A stretch of DNA of 32,000 nucleotides from Patescibacteria group bacterium (GTDB taxonomy: Bacteria > Patescibacteriota > Patescibacteriia > UBA2591 > UBA6264), in contig JAQTOB010000007.1 in NCBI GenBank assembly GCA_028713575.1, positions 1 to 32,000 on the forward strand. Reading direction: 5' to 3'. Of this stretch, positions 12,999 through 21,548 are shown one piece after another. Under the pieces are notes generated by a model. It saw only the letters and a list, made by a program, of their open reading frames with translations. It had not been told where the DNA came from and made no database searches. Within the stretch, counting starts at the first letter, position 1; each line of letters begins with the position of its first letter. Position numbers and translations under genes: made by a program.

Positions 12999-14582
12999 AT
13001 GGCAGAATACCACAATAAAATACAACCCGTAATTTTGATAATCCTGGACGGTTGGGGCATTGCGCCACCAAGTCAGGGCAATGCTGTGACTTTGGCAGAA
13101 ACTCCGGTTTTAAATAAATTAACCACACTTTATCCTACCATGACTCTTCAGGCCTCTGGTGAGGCGGTGGGTTTGATTTGGGGCGAGCCGGGAAATTCTG
13201 AGGTGGGGCATTTAAGTTTGGGTTCGGGAAAAATCATTTGGCAAAATCTTCCGCGCATCAATCAAACGTTGATGGAAGGCTCTTTTTATAACAACCCCGC
13301 TTTTTTAAAAGCTATGGAGCATGTTAAGAAAAACAATTCCACTTTACATTTAATGGGTTTGGTTTCTAATGGCGCAGTACATTCTTCTAATGACCATTTA
13401 TACGCTTTGTTGGAAATCGCGGCTAAACAGGAAATAAAAAATGTAGCTATTCATGTTTTTTTGGACGGTCGGGATACGCCTCAAGATAGCGGTCAAGGAT
13501 TTATTAATGAACTAATGACAAGAATCAAAGATTTAAAAATCGGTAAAATTGCCACTTTATCCGGTCGGTTTTATGCCATGGATCGGGACAATCATTGGGA
13601 GAGAATAGAACAATCCTATTTGGCGATGACCAAAGGATTGGCAGAAAAAGAATTTAACGATCCATTAAGGGCTATAGAATCTTCTTATCAGGAAAAAATA
13701 TATGACGAAGAATTAAAACCAGTAGTAATAGTGGATGAGGAAAATCAACCAGTCGGCAAAATTGAGGACAATGATGCGGTTATTTTTTTTAATTTTCGTT
13801 CTGACAGAGCCAGAGAATTGACCAGAGTTTTTACGGCAGACGATTTTACTGGTTTTAGAAGAGAAAAAATTAAAAATTTATTTTTTGTTACCATGACAGA
13901 ATATGAAAAAGGTTTACCCGTAGAGATTGCCTTTCCGCCAGAGAAGGTTGATAATCCTTTAGGAAAAATAATTAGTGACCAGGGTTTAAAACAGATGCAT
14001 ATTGCAGAAACAGAAAAATACGCTCATGTTACTTTCTTTTTTAACGGCGGAGTAGAAAAACCATTTTTAAATGAAAATCGTATTCTTATTCCTTCTCCGC
14101 GTGTCGCTTCTTATGACCAAAAACCGGAAATGTCTGCGTCTGAAGTTTGTCATCAAGTTTTGTGGGGGATTGGGAGCGGGCAATATCATTTTATTGTAGT
14201 TAATTTTGCTAATCCGGATATGCTGGGCCATACCGGAAATATTCAAGCGGCGATAAAAGCCTTAGAAACATTGGATGAATTAGTGGGGCAAATTATAGAT
14301 TTAGCTTTAAAAGAAAATTGGGTTTGTGTTATTACCGCTGACCATGGCAATGTGGAAGAAATGATTAATTTGCGGAGCGGAGAAATAAACAAGGAACATA
14401 CCGCCAATCCGGTTCCTTTTATTGTGGTGGACAAAAGATTAGAAAATAAAAATCTTTTAATACAATCCTTAGATTTGAACAATTTAACATCGGCCGGAAT
14501 TTTAGCCGATGTGGCGCCAACGATTTTGAAAATTATGGGATTGCCAAAGCCCAAGGAAATGAGCGGAACTTCGTTGGTTTAA
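12999..14582 (+). CDS. gpmI: 2,3-bisphosphoglycerate-independent phosphoglycerate mutase, paralog 2
   Basis: The same motif set is present: ILDGWG, GNSEVGHLSLGSGK, FLDGRD, GRFYAMDRDNHW, ETEKYAHVTFFFNGG, NPDMLGHTG and TADHGNVE. It is clearly divergent from paralog 1, matching at roughly half of aligned positions by eye. Confidence 0.95.
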   Translation: MAEYHNKIQPVILIILDGWGIAPPSQGNAVTLAETPVLNKLTTLYPTMTLQASGEAVGLIWGEPGNSEVGHLSLGSGKIIWQNLPRINQTLMEGSFYNNPAFLKAMEHVKKNNSTLHLMGLVSNGAVHSSNDHLYALLEIAAKQEIKNVAIHVFLDGRDTPQDSGQGFINELMTRIKDLKIGKIATLSGRFYAMDRDNHWERIEQSYLAMTKGLAEKEFNDPLRAIESSYQEKIYDEELKPVVIVDEENQPVGKIEDNDAVIFFNFRSDRARELTRVFTADDFTGFRREKIKNLFFVTMTEYEKGLPVEIAFPPEKVDNPLGKIISDQGLKQMHIAETEKYAHVTFFFNGGVEKPFLNENRILIPSPRVASYDQKPEMSASEVCHQVLWGIGSGQYHFIVVNFANPDMLGHTGNIQAAIKALETLDELVGQIIDLALKENWVCVITADHGNVEEMINLRSGEINKEHTANPVPFIVVDKRLENKNLLIQSLDLNNLTSAGILADVAPTILKIMGLPKPKEMSGTSLV

Positions 14583-14654
14583 CTGAAAATTCAATCCGTC
14601 AACTAACGGACAAAATTAAAATTAATTAAATTAAAAAATTTTACTTAGTCTTTT

Positions 14655-14696
14655 TGCCCGCCTTCGCCAAGGCTACGGCGGACAAGCATTTTTTAC
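14655..14696 (+). terminator. GC-rich hairpin plus T-run downstream of gpmI paralog 2
   Basis: CCGCC (14658-14662) pairs with GGCGG (14677-14681) inside TGCCCGCCTTCGCCAAGGCTACGGCGGACA, followed by CATTTTTT. Confidence 0.55.
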
Positions 14697-14724
14697 ACCT
14701 AAGATATTAGGATGAATTTTGCTT

Positions 14725-14763
14725 GCCCTCCACAGTTCCAGCTTACTGGAACGACGGATGGGC
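14725..14763 (+). promoter_or_regulatory. Two-tier hairpin in the hpf leader
   Basis: Inner stem GTTCCAG (14735-14741) / CTGGAAC (14746-14752). Outer stem GCCCTCC (14725-14731) / GGATGGGC (14756-14763) with one bulge. The SD (GAGGA, 14781-14785) and ATG (14789) follow. Confidence 0.4.
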
Positions 14764-14788
14764 ATTTGACTGAGCACAGCGAGGAAAT

Positions 14789-15133
14789 ATGGAAATAAAA
14801 TATTTTTTTCAAAATTTTAAATTAAACAGTCAGAACAAAAAATTTATTGAGGATAAAATTAAGAAATTGGAACGTTTTTCAGAAAAAATTTGGGAAGCAA
14901 AAATAGATTTAAGCTATCGGCCGACCAGAAAAAAAGAACAGACAATTAGATTAGAAATAAATTTAAGAATGCCTAATAAAATTTTAAGAGCTGAAGAAAG
15001 GGACAAAGATTTATTAAACGTGATTGAAAAAGTGGAGAAAAAATTGAAGGGGCAATTAAGAAAATATCGGACATTTGGCGAAAAAAAGAAAAGAGAGACG
15101 CAGAAGATTATTGATAAGATAAAAAGGGGATAA
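14789..15133 (+). CDS. hpf: Ribosome hibernation-promoting factor / RaiA-YfiA family (short form)
   Basis: 114 aa. The pattern FKLNSQNKKFIEDKIKKLERFSEKIWEAKIDLS...LEINLRMPNKILRAEERDKDLLNVIEKVEKKLKGQLRKYR and the position upstream of secA are typical of the family. Confidence 0.8.
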   Translation: MEIKYFFQNFKLNSQNKKFIEDKIKKLERFSEKIWEAKIDLSYRPTRKKEQTIRLEINLRMPNKILRAEERDKDLLNVIEKVEKKLKGQLRKYRTFGEKKKRETQKIIDKIKRG

Positions 15134-15157
15134 AGTTTTATTATAGGATTGTTTTTA

Positions 15158-15188
15158 AAGTTTGGTGGCCGAGCCACCAAACTTTTTT
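15158..15188 (+). terminator. Rho-independent terminator after hpf
   Basis: AAAGTTTGGTGGC / GCCACCAAACTTT stem followed by a T-run. A second hairpin, TTTGGGAAC/GTTCCCAAA, lies at 15212-15232. Confidence 0.8.
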
Positions 15189-15364
15189 AAAATGAAAAGA
15201 GTTTTTAAAATTTTGGGAACTTAGTTCCCAAAGTTTATGCAAAAATGGGCTATCCCTAAAAAGTCGTTAGAAAGGGTTAAAAAAGACTAAAATAGGCCTC
15301 TAACTTTTTGCCTCAAAACTTTTTGCCTTGTTTTTTTTGATAAAATCTGTTAAATTATCTAATT

Positions 15365-18151
15365 ATGTCTTTACTTGTTAAAATTTTCGGTGACCCCAAT
15401 GAGAAAGAACTGAAGAAACTGAAATCGCAGGTGGATGAAATAAATTCTTGGGAACCGAAATTAGAAAAATTGAATGATTCGGAATTGAAGGCTCAAACCG
15501 GACAACTCAAGGAATATTTGTCTCAGGGGAAGAAGGAAGATGATATTTTGCCTCAGGCTTTTGCTTTGGTAAGAGAGGCGGGGAAAAGGTCCCTAAAACA
15601 AAGGCATTTTGACGTGCAATTAACCGGTGGCATTGCTTTACATCAGGGAAAAATCGCAGAAATGAGAACAGGAGAAGGAAAAACATTGGCCGCGACTTGT
15701 CCGGCTTATTTAAACGCTTTAAACGGGAAAGGTGTGCACATAATTACAGTTAATGATTATTTATCTAAAAGAGATTGCGTTTGGATGGGACAAATTTATA
15801 ATGCTTTGGGATTGTCGGTGGCTTGTATTGTGCATGATGCGGCTTATGTATATGATGAAAAATACATTGGTCAAAATCAAATCCGCCAGCCGGCGGACGA
15901 AAATCAAAATGAAAATCCAAAATTAAAAATCAAAGAAATTGACAAAGAAAGAGATGAAATGGGAAGTTTTAAAGTTGTTGAAGATTATTTAAGGCCTTGT
16001 AGCCGCAAAGATGCTTATCTGGCCGATATCACTTATGGTACCAATAACGAATACGGTTTTGATTATTTACGGGATAATTTAGTGCACCGTCCCGAAGAAA
16101 TGGCGCAACGAAAGCTGCATTATGCTATTATTGATGAAATAGATAGCATTTTAATTGATGAAGCGCGCACTCCCTTAATTATTTCCAGTCCGGCCGAGGA
16201 ATCGGCCGCTTTGTATTATAAATTGGCGCGCTTGGTTGATAATTTAAAATCAAACGAAGATTATGTTATGGACGAAAAAATGAGAGCCGCAACTTTAACA
16301 GAAAAAGGAATGGACAGGATGGCGGAATTGTTGGGCGAGGACCCTTGGACAAATAATAATGTTGTTTTAATCCATCACATTGATGCGGCCCTGAAGGCCA
16401 AAACTATTTTTCATAAGGATAGGGATTATGTGATTAAATCAAGTTCAACCGGCGAAAAAGAAGTAATTATCATTGACGAGTTTACCGGTCGATTGATGTT
16501 GGGGCGGAGATATTCAGAAGGAATTCATCAGGCGATTGAAGCTAAAGAAAATGTTCAGATTAAACAGGAGTCAAAAACATTAGCGACCATTACTTTTCAA
16601 AATTATTTTCGTTTTTATGAAAAGTTGAGCGGTATGACCGGCACGGCTTTGACTGAGGCGGAGGAATTTCACAAGATTTACAATTTAGAAGTATTGGTGG
16701 TGCCGACCAATAAGCCAATGATTAGAAAAGATTTGGCAGATCGAATTTATCGGACTAAAGAAGCGAAATTTAAAGCCATTGTAGAAGAAATTAAACAACG
16801 ACATACTCAAGGTCAGCCGATTTTAATTGGTACGGGCGGATTTGCCATTGGCGAACAAACCGTCGGCGCCATCGAAAAGAACAGGATTATCAGGGATTTT
16901 CTAGCCAAGGAAGGCATTGGTTGTCAGGTTTTGGACGCGACCAATCATGAAAAAGAAGGAGAAATTATTGCCCAAGCTGGACGATTAGGGGCCGTTACCA
17001 TTGCCACTAACATGGCCGGTCGAGGCGTAGACATTATTCTCGGCGGCAACCCGCCGGACAAAGAAGAACAAAGAAAAATTCTTGAATTGGGCGGACTGCA
17101 CATTATTGGTACAGAAAGACACGAAGCAAGAAGAATTGATAATCAATTAAGGGGGCGAAGCGGGCGGCAAGGAGACCCGGGCTCTTCACAATTTTTTCTT
17201 TCCTTAGAAGATGATTTAATGAAGATTTTTGGCGGAGCCAGACTTTCTTCTTTAATGACTACTTTAAGAATTCCCGAAGAAATGCCGATTGAAAGCAAAG
17301 CGGTTTCTCGAGCCATTGAAGCGGCGCAAAGAAAAGTGGAAGGATTTAATTTTGATACTCGTAAACATCTTTTAGAATATGATGATGTTTTGAACAAACA
17401 TCGAGAGGCGATTTATTGTTGGAGGAGGTCTATTTTAGAAATGACGGACCAAGAAATAAAAAAAGAAATTTTAAGATTAACCAAAGAAGAATTAAAAAAA
17501 ACAGTTTCTTTTAATTTTACAAGGGAAAAAGAATATTTAGAAAAATTAAAAGAAATGATTAAAATGATTTTTCCTTTAACTTTAGAAATGGAAGATGATT
17601 TACAAAATGTTTTAGAAAAAAAAGAAAATAAAACAGACCTTGTTTTACAGGAAGAAATAATAAAACATTTGGAGAAAACAACCCTGCAGGCCTATGAACA
17701 GGCGAGCGAGAACATTAAACAGATAAACAAGGATTGGGGAGACCAAGAGTCGGATAAAGATTCTTTAATGTCTAAAATGGCTAAATCAATTCTTTTACAA
17801 AGCATTGATCATTATTGGATTTATCATTTGGAAATGATTGACAATCTTAAGGGCGGGATTGGTTTACGGGCCTATGGTCAGCAAGACCCTTTAGTTGAAT
17901 ATAAAAAAGAATCCAGAGGAAAATATAGCCAGTTAATAGAAATGATTAATAAGCAGGTGGTCTATTCCATTTATAAAATCGGAGGCATCAGCGTTCCTCA
18001 GCCTAAAAAGGAGATGAAGCTGAAGGGGGCGGACAAGGGCGGTCAGTCCCAAGAAGTTTTTTTGCGGCCGAAGGGGGAGAAGAAAGTCGGGAGAAACGAT
18101 CCCTGTCCCTGCGGCAGCGGTAAAAAATATAAACATTGTTGCGGGAAATAA
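15365..18151 (+). CDS. secA: Preprotein translocase ATPase SecA
   Basis: MRTGEGKTL (Walker A), DEIDSILIDEARTPLIIS (DEAD-like), TIATNMAGRGVDI, GTERHEARRIDNQLRGRSGRQGDPG and the C-terminal zinc motif CPCGSGKKYKHCCG. Confidence 0.97.
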   Translation: MSLLVKIFGDPNEKELKKLKSQVDEINSWEPKLEKLNDSELKAQTGQLKEYLSQGKKEDDILPQAFALVREAGKRSLKQRHFDVQLTGGIALHQGKIAEMRTGEGKTLAATCPAYLNALNGKGVHIITVNDYLSKRDCVWMGQIYNALGLSVACIVHDAAYVYDEKYIGQNQIRQPADENQNENPKLKIKEIDKERDEMGSFKVVEDYLRPCSRKDAYLADITYGTNNEYGFDYLRDNLVHRPEEMAQRKLHYAIIDEIDSILIDEARTPLIISSPAEESAALYYKLARLVDNLKSNEDYVMDEKMRAATLTEKGMDRMAELLGEDPWTNNNVVLIHHIDAALKAKTIFHKDRDYVIKSSSTGEKEVIIIDEFTGRLMLGRRYSEGIHQAIEAKENVQIKQESKTLATITFQNYFRFYEKLSGMTGTALTEAEEFHKIYNLEVLVVPTNKPMIRKDLADRIYRTKEAKFKAIVEEIKQRHTQGQPILIGTGGFAIGEQTVGAIEKNRIIRDFLAKEGIGCQVLDATNHEKEGEIIAQAGRLGAVTIATNMAGRGVDIILGGNPPDKEEQRKILELGGLHIIGTERHEARRIDNQLRGRSGRQGDPGSSQFFLSLEDDLMKIFGGARLSSLMTTLRIPEEMPIESKAVSRAIEAAQRKVEGFNFDTRKHLLEYDDVLNKHREAIYCWRRSILEMTDQEIKKEILRLTKEELKKTVSFNFTREKEYLEKLKEMIKMIFPLTLEMEDDLQNVLEKKENKTDLVLQEEIIKHLEKTTLQAYEQASENIKQINKDWGDQESDKDSLMSKMAKSILLQSIDHYWIYHLEMIDNLKGGIGLRAYGQQDPLVEYKKESRGKYSQLIEMINKQVVYSIYKIGGISVPQPKKEMKLKGADKGGQSQEVFLRPKGEKKVGRNDPCPCGSGKKYKHCCGK

Positions 18152-18187
18152 TATATAGTTGACATTAAAAAATATCAACACGGACGC

Positions 18188-18216
18188 TTGACAATTGTCT
18201 AATAATCGTCTAAAAT
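18188..18216 (+). promoter_or_regulatory. Sigma70-type promoter for the Fic gene
   Basis: TTGACA (18188-18193), a 17-nt spacer, then TAAAAT (18211-18216), 31 nt upstream of ATG 18248. Confidence 0.6.
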
Positions 18217-18247
18217 ATGTCTATAAAGGAATAACATAAAGTGGCAT

Positions 18248-19276
18248 ATGTTTAAACCGAAATATACCATAACTAATAGATTGTTAGGCAACATTAAGCG
18301 CATAACGGAGATAGTCGTCAGTCTTAACAGTCGCGGTTTTCCCAAGGTTGTGCTCTATGAAATGGAACGACGGGCCAGGGAAATATCGGCTCATTCTTCC
18401 ACAAGTATTGAAGGCAATCCTTTACCGTTGACTGAAGTCAGAAGAATCCTTAAAAATAAGCCGGAATTTATCCGTGATTCCGAGAAGGAAGTCTTAAATT
18501 ACAACAAGGCTTTAATCGAGTTGAACGGGTTAATCAGGACGGGGAAAATTTTTCCCAATATCGGCTGGTTGGAAAAAATCCAAAAGACGGTTACGGACGG
18601 TTTAATTGAAAAATATCGCTGCGGACATATTCGAACCGAAGCGGTTTTTGTTAAGAATCCGAGAACCGGAAGAACGATTTATTGGCCGCCGGATTACGGA
18701 GACATACGGCATTTACTTGAAGATTTGTTTGATTTTTTGAAAGAAAACATCCGGGAAGCAGACCCGCTTATTTTGGCTGGAATTTTCCATAAACAATTCG
18801 TGATTATCCATCCGTTTATTGACGGAAACGGCCGGACCGCGCGCCTGGCGACAAAAGTCCTTCTGGCGAGAATGAATCTTAATACGTTCAACTTATTCAG
18901 TTTTGAGAATTATTACAACAAAAACGTTACCCGTTATTTCCGGGAAGTAGGATTAACCGGCAATTATTACGACATTGAGAAAAAAGTAGATTTTACCTCT
19001 TGGCTGGAATATTTTACGGACGGAATCATTGACGAACTTTTGAGGGTGGACAAAGAACTAAAAGAAGAGACGGTCAGTCCCAAGACGACGCTTAATGATT
19101 ATCATCAGAAGATAATTAATTTTATCAAAGAGAAGGGATTTATCACCGATAAAGATTACTCCAAAATTACCGATCGCGCCCGGCCGACCAGAAACCTGGA
19201 TTTTAGAAAGCTTATTGGTCTCGGTTTGATAAAAAAGGCCGGAAAAGGTAGGGCGACTTATTATAAGTTGAAATAA
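18248..19276 (+). CDS. Fic-family protein (AMPylase type) with an N-terminal inhibitory motif and a C-terminal winged-helix domain
   Basis: HPFIDGNGRTARL is the canonical Fic motif HxFxDGNGRxxR. STSIEGN near the N-terminus matches the (S/T)xxxE(G/N) auto-inhibitory helix motif. The C-terminal ITDKDYSKITDRARPTRNLDFRKLIGLGLIKKAGKGRATYYKL looks like a wHTH. Confidence 0.88.
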   Translation: MFKPKYTITNRLLGNIKRITEIVVSLNSRGFPKVVLYEMERRAREISAHSSTSIEGNPLPLTEVRRILKNKPEFIRDSEKEVLNYNKALIELNGLIRTGKIFPNIGWLEKIQKTVTDGLIEKYRCGHIRTEAVFVKNPRTGRTIYWPPDYGDIRHLLEDLFDFLKENIREADPLILAGIFHKQFVIIHPFIDGNGRTARLATKVLLARMNLNTFNLFSFENYYNKNVTRYFREVGLTGNYYDIEKKVDFTSWLEYFTDGIIDELLRVDKELKEETVSPKTTLNDYHQKIINFIKEKGFITDKDYSKITDRARPTRNLDFRKLIGLGLIKKAGKGRATYYKLK

Positions 19277-19359
19277 TCTTTCATATCGAAAGTGGTAAAA
19301 AATACAAAAGTTTACTTGAGCGCCGAGAACCTAAGCAACTAAGTAAACATATAAAATAT

Positions 19360-19803
19360 ATGGACGACAAAGAATTTTTAGAATTAGCAATTAAGCAATC
19401 AGAATTATCCGTCAGATAAGGATTGTTTCCGTCCGGAGCGTTGGTAGTTTTAAAAGACAAGATTATCGCTTCGGAAACGAGTGATTTATATCCCGGTCAT
19501 CAGCACGCGGAATCCAAGGCGGTTGATAACGCATTTTCAAAAAAAGGGATACTTAAAGAAGCAACCCTATATGCCTCAATGGAACCTTGTCTTATGTGTA
19601 TCACGCGGGCTTACTGGGTGGGAATCAGAAGAATCGTTTATGCGATCAGAAAAAATAGCGTCAGACAGGAGTATTACGAAAGAGAACGGGATAATGAGGA
19701 AATAGTAGGGAGTTTTAATGAGTCAATAGAGTATTTACAGATTTCTGAGTTGGAAAAGGAGGCGCTGAGAATCGTTAAGACGTGGGAAAATAAGAGGAGA
19801 TAA
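19360..19803 (+). pseudogene. CDA-fold (cytidine/deoxycytidylate/tRNA-adenosine type) zinc deaminase interrupted by an in-frame TAA at 19417-19419
   Basis: HAESKAV and MEPCLMCITRAYWVGIRRIVYA supply the HAE...PCxxC zinc motifs. The frame from ATG 19360 reads MDDKEFLELAIKQSELSVR * GLFPSGALVV, matching the usual N-terminal helix plus P.GA..V strand across the stop. The track ORF starts at TTG 19423. Confidence 0.75.
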
Positions 19804-19868
19804 AAATTATTTTTTAGCACTTGTTTTTTTTTATGGTTTTGTTAGAATGAAAAAACATTTATTTTTTT

Positions 19869-21548
19869 ATGGAAAGAAATAAACTTTGGACAATTTTCGC
19901 GATTATTTGTTTTCTCTCTTTATTGGCTTTTTTAATCGTTTATCCGACCATTCCGGAATGGGTGCCGGGTTATAAATTGTTTTCTCGGCCAAAAATTCAT
20001 TTAGGCCTGGACTTGCAAGGAGGAACTCAATTAATTTATGAAACAGACACTTCAGACATTCCTGACGACCAAAAGGTTGCGGCCGTGGAAGGAGCGCGAG
20101 ATGTAATTGAAAATCGCGTTAATGTTTTTGGTGTAACCGAACCATTGATTCAGACCTTGAAAAGCGGAAAAGAATGGCGTTTGTTGGTAGAATTGCCTGG
20201 GGTTCAAGATGTTCACGCCGCCATTGAAATGATTGGAGAAACGCCAATTCTGGAATTTAAAGAACAAGGCTTGCCGCGCGAATTAACCACTGAAGAAAAA
20301 GAGCAAATTATAAAATATAATGAACAGGCTTTATTAAGGGCAGAAGAAGTTTTGAAACAGGCGTTAAAATCAAGCGCTGATTTTGCTCAATTAGCCAAAG
20401 AATATTCAGAAGATTCCGGTTCTGGTCAAAACGGAGGAGATTTGGGATGGTTCAGTCGGGGGACCATGGTTCCGGAATTTGAAAAAGCGGCTTTTGACGA
20501 CTTATCCGTAGGAGAAATCACTTCTTCTTTAGTAGAGACCGATTTCGGTTATCATATTATTAAAAAAATTGATGAACGGATTAAAGAACAACAGTTGAAA
20601 GTAGAATCAGAAGATGTTGAGGGGATACAAATTCAGGCTGAACCGGAGAAAGAAGTCCGGGCCAGCCATATTTTAATTGCTACACAATCAATTGAAACAG
20701 CGCAAGGAATTGAGTGGCAATATACGGGTTTGACCGGCAAGCAACTGAAGAGTTCTTTTGTTTCTTTTAACTCGCAGACCAATGAGCCGGAAGTTTCTCT
20801 GGAATTTAATGAAGAAGGAGCTAAATTATTTAGTGAAATAACCAAGCGCAATATCGGCAAACCAGTTGCCATTTTTTTAGATGGGTTGATTTTAAGCGTA
20901 CCTATGGTACAAGAAGAAATACCCAGCGGTCAGGCCGTCATTTCAGGGACTTTTGATTTAAAAGAAGCTAAAGAATTAGCACAAAGATTATCAGCCGGAG
21001 CCTTACCCGTGCCCATTAAATTAATCAGCCAACAAAATATTGGTCCGAGTTTAGGTCAGGTTTCGGTAAAAAAGAGCTTTATGTCCGGAATTATTGGGTT
21101 TTTGGTAATCATAATTTTTATGATAAGTTTTTATAAAAAAAGAGGATTGATTGCCAGTTTAGCCCTTTTTATTTATGCCTTGATAGTTTTAGCCTTATTT
21201 GAATTAATTCCCGTTACTTTAACTTTAGCCGGGATTGCCGGATTTATTCTTTCTTTGGGGATGGCTGTTGATGCCAATGTTTTGATTTTTGAAAGAGTTA
21301 AAGATGAGGAAGCATTGGGGAAGTCGCCTTTAAGCGCCATTCACGACGGTTTTAAAAACGCCTGGACTGCCGTTCGCGACGGCAATATTACCACTTTGAT
21401 TGTCTGTTTTATCCTTTATTATTTTGGAACCGGCCTGGTGAGAGGATTTGGATTAACCCTGGGATTGGGCGTTTTAATCAGTATGTTCACGGCTATTACC
21501 GTGACTAAAAATTTTTTGGAGTTAATGATTTCGTCTGATAAAAATTGA
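19869..21548 (+). CDS. secD: Protein translocase subunit SecD with a parvulin-type PPIase domain embedded in the periplasmic P1 domain
   Basis: SecD motifs: LGLDLQGGTQLIYE, IENRVNVFGVTEPLIQ, VELPGV, AIFLDGLILSVP, GALPVPIKLISQQNIGPSLG and C-terminal TM segments. The embedded ADFAQLAKEYSEDSGSGQNGGDLGWFSRGTMVPEFEKAAFDDLSVGEITSSLVETDFGYHIIK matches E. coli PpiC-type parvulins. Confidence 0.93.
   Translation: MERNKLWTIFAIICFLSLLAFLIVYPTIPEWVPGYKLFSRPKIHLGLDLQGGTQLIYETDTSDIPDDQKVAAVEGARDVIENRVNVFGVTEPLIQTLKSGKEWRLLVELPGVQDVHAAIEMIGETPILEFKEQGLPRELTTEEKEQIIKYNEQALLRAEEVLKQALKSSADFAQLAKEYSEDSGSGQNGGDLGWFSRGTMVPEFEKAAFDDLSVGEITSSLVETDFGYHIIKKIDERIKEQQLKVESEDVEGIQIQAEPEKEVRASHILIATQSIETAQGIEWQYTGLTGKQLKSSFVSFNSQTNEPEVSLEFNEEGAKLFSEITKRNIGKPVAIFLDGLILSVPMVQEEIPSGQAVISGTFDLKEAKELAQRLSAGALPVPIKLISQQNIGPSLGQVSVKKSFMSGIIGFLVIIIFMISFYKKRGLIASLALFIYALIVLALFELIPVTLTLAGIAGFILSLGMAVDANVLIFERVKDEEALGKSPLSAIHDGFKNAWTAVRDGNITTLIVCFILYYFGTGLVRGFGLTLGLGVLISMFTAITVTKNFLELMISSDKN

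Noticed and set aside
11130-14582. The two gpmI genes as an assembly duplication
   Set aside because: The copies are strongly diverged at both protein and DNA level and have different lengths (542 against 527 aa) and different insertions. They are genuine paralogs.
19481-19705. Alternative-frame ORF inside the deaminase gene
   Set aside because: The overlapping frame at 19423-19803 carries the HAE/PCxxC deaminase motifs. The alternative frame has no recognisable features.
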